A DNA stretch of 63,468 nt, counting the filler, from Welwitschia mirabilis (lineage: Eukaryota), in assembly GCA_051453625.1 (NCBI GenBank). It is 5 parts of one record of this genome, joined end to end, with 100 filler letters (N's around TTAATTAATTAA, not from the genome) between each part and the next. Parts side by side here need not be neighbours in the genome. Positions count along the whole stretch, not along the records: positions 55,539 to 63,468 come from JBOZIK010000001.1; 4 more parts are not named here. One strand, written 5' to 3'. The position numbers and the translations under genes are program-made. Below the pieces are notes generated by a model. The model was not told the origin of the DNA. It was given only the letters and a program-made list of their open reading frames with translations, and did not search any database. This document shows positions 62,678 to 63,468 of this stretch, one piece after another (the first letter of the stretch is position 1; each line of letters opens with the position of its first letter).

Positions 62678-63468
62678 TATTGCACCACCAACTTATGTGT
62701 ATTTGATAGGGTATTTTGAGTTGTTTTATAGGTAAATTAACAAATAAATGCTTAGTTATCATGATAATGAAGAATCGGGATGAATAGAATGAAAACATGA
62801 AATTTCTAAATAAATTATAAGCATTTTGTGTAGTATGGATACTTGATATTTTGGATAATGATTCCTGCAAAAAACAAGGAATCAGACTGATTGAAGATTA
62901 ATAAAAAGCCTATCATTCACCTCATCGTTCGGACGTCATGAATGGACAACATTATCAACTGGTCGATAACATTTCACATGCAGATCACAAGCAGTTAAAC
63001 TAGAGCAAATAAAAACTTCTAATTATTAGTCATCATCATCTCCTCTATTATCTGAATAACAAGAAGGATGATACTGTTCTCTCATAATTTTACTGAATAT
63101 TTAATTGAGTTGTTACCACTTTATTGTGACATTTCTTTACATGTTAGATAGAGGTTTTTTTGTAATCTTCTATCATTTTTCTTTTCTTTTCTATCTATAA
63201 ATAAGAGTCTCCTTCTCGATTTCTAATCATCTTCGACAGTACCTAACATACTCGTGACAAGAAATCTTAGGACTGGAGAACCATCTTATAATCCCAGAGA
63301 GATATTACCTTTGCGTTGGATGGCACTTCCTCCATTAAGGAATGACTAATTTGTGATACAGATGCTTTTATGCTTTTTAATATGAATTATTCTTTTTGTG
63401 TTCAATATATGCAGGATCTTTTTCCTCATAGTTTATGTTATTTTAGATTCAGTGACAGGCTTCTTTTA
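62678..63468 (+). mobile_element. Athila-lineage LTR of the 34817 family (runs off window end), probably nested in element E
   Basis: Colinear with 34817-35720 throughout. No PPT directly upstream, and it is much less similar to the 57214 LTR. Confidence 0.75.

Overview
Plant nuclear DNA, not prokaryotic: no rRNA, tRNA, CRISPR array or operon is supported. The window is five separate scaffolds (1-24929, 25030-35733, 35834-51739, 51840-55438, 55539-63468) joined by artificial N44-TTAATTAATTAA-N44 spacers, so adjacency across those joins is not evidence of biology. Scaffold 1 holds a decayed hAT transposase and the 3' exons of an unidentified, apparently intact minus-strand host gene (about 300 spliced codons). 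Upstream of those exons is a nest: a Copia element interrupted by a non-autonomous Athila-lineage LTR element and by a second hAT element. Scaffolds 2-5 are AT-rich, heavily C>T/G>A-mutated Athila-lineage (Ty3/Gypsy) elements, plus one Sirevirus PPT/LTR. The most notable observations are: (i) non-autonomous Athila derivatives, arranged as a shared-LTR tandem, that carry one long ORF with no capsid or pol motif but with an amplified gag N-terminal motif; (ii) candidate conserved RNA hairpins in their 3' regions; (iii) a dispersed ~36-nt nested palindrome; (iv) nearly unidirectional hypermutation readable in seven PBS copies. All calls are by eye with no database search, and boundaries are approximate where stated.
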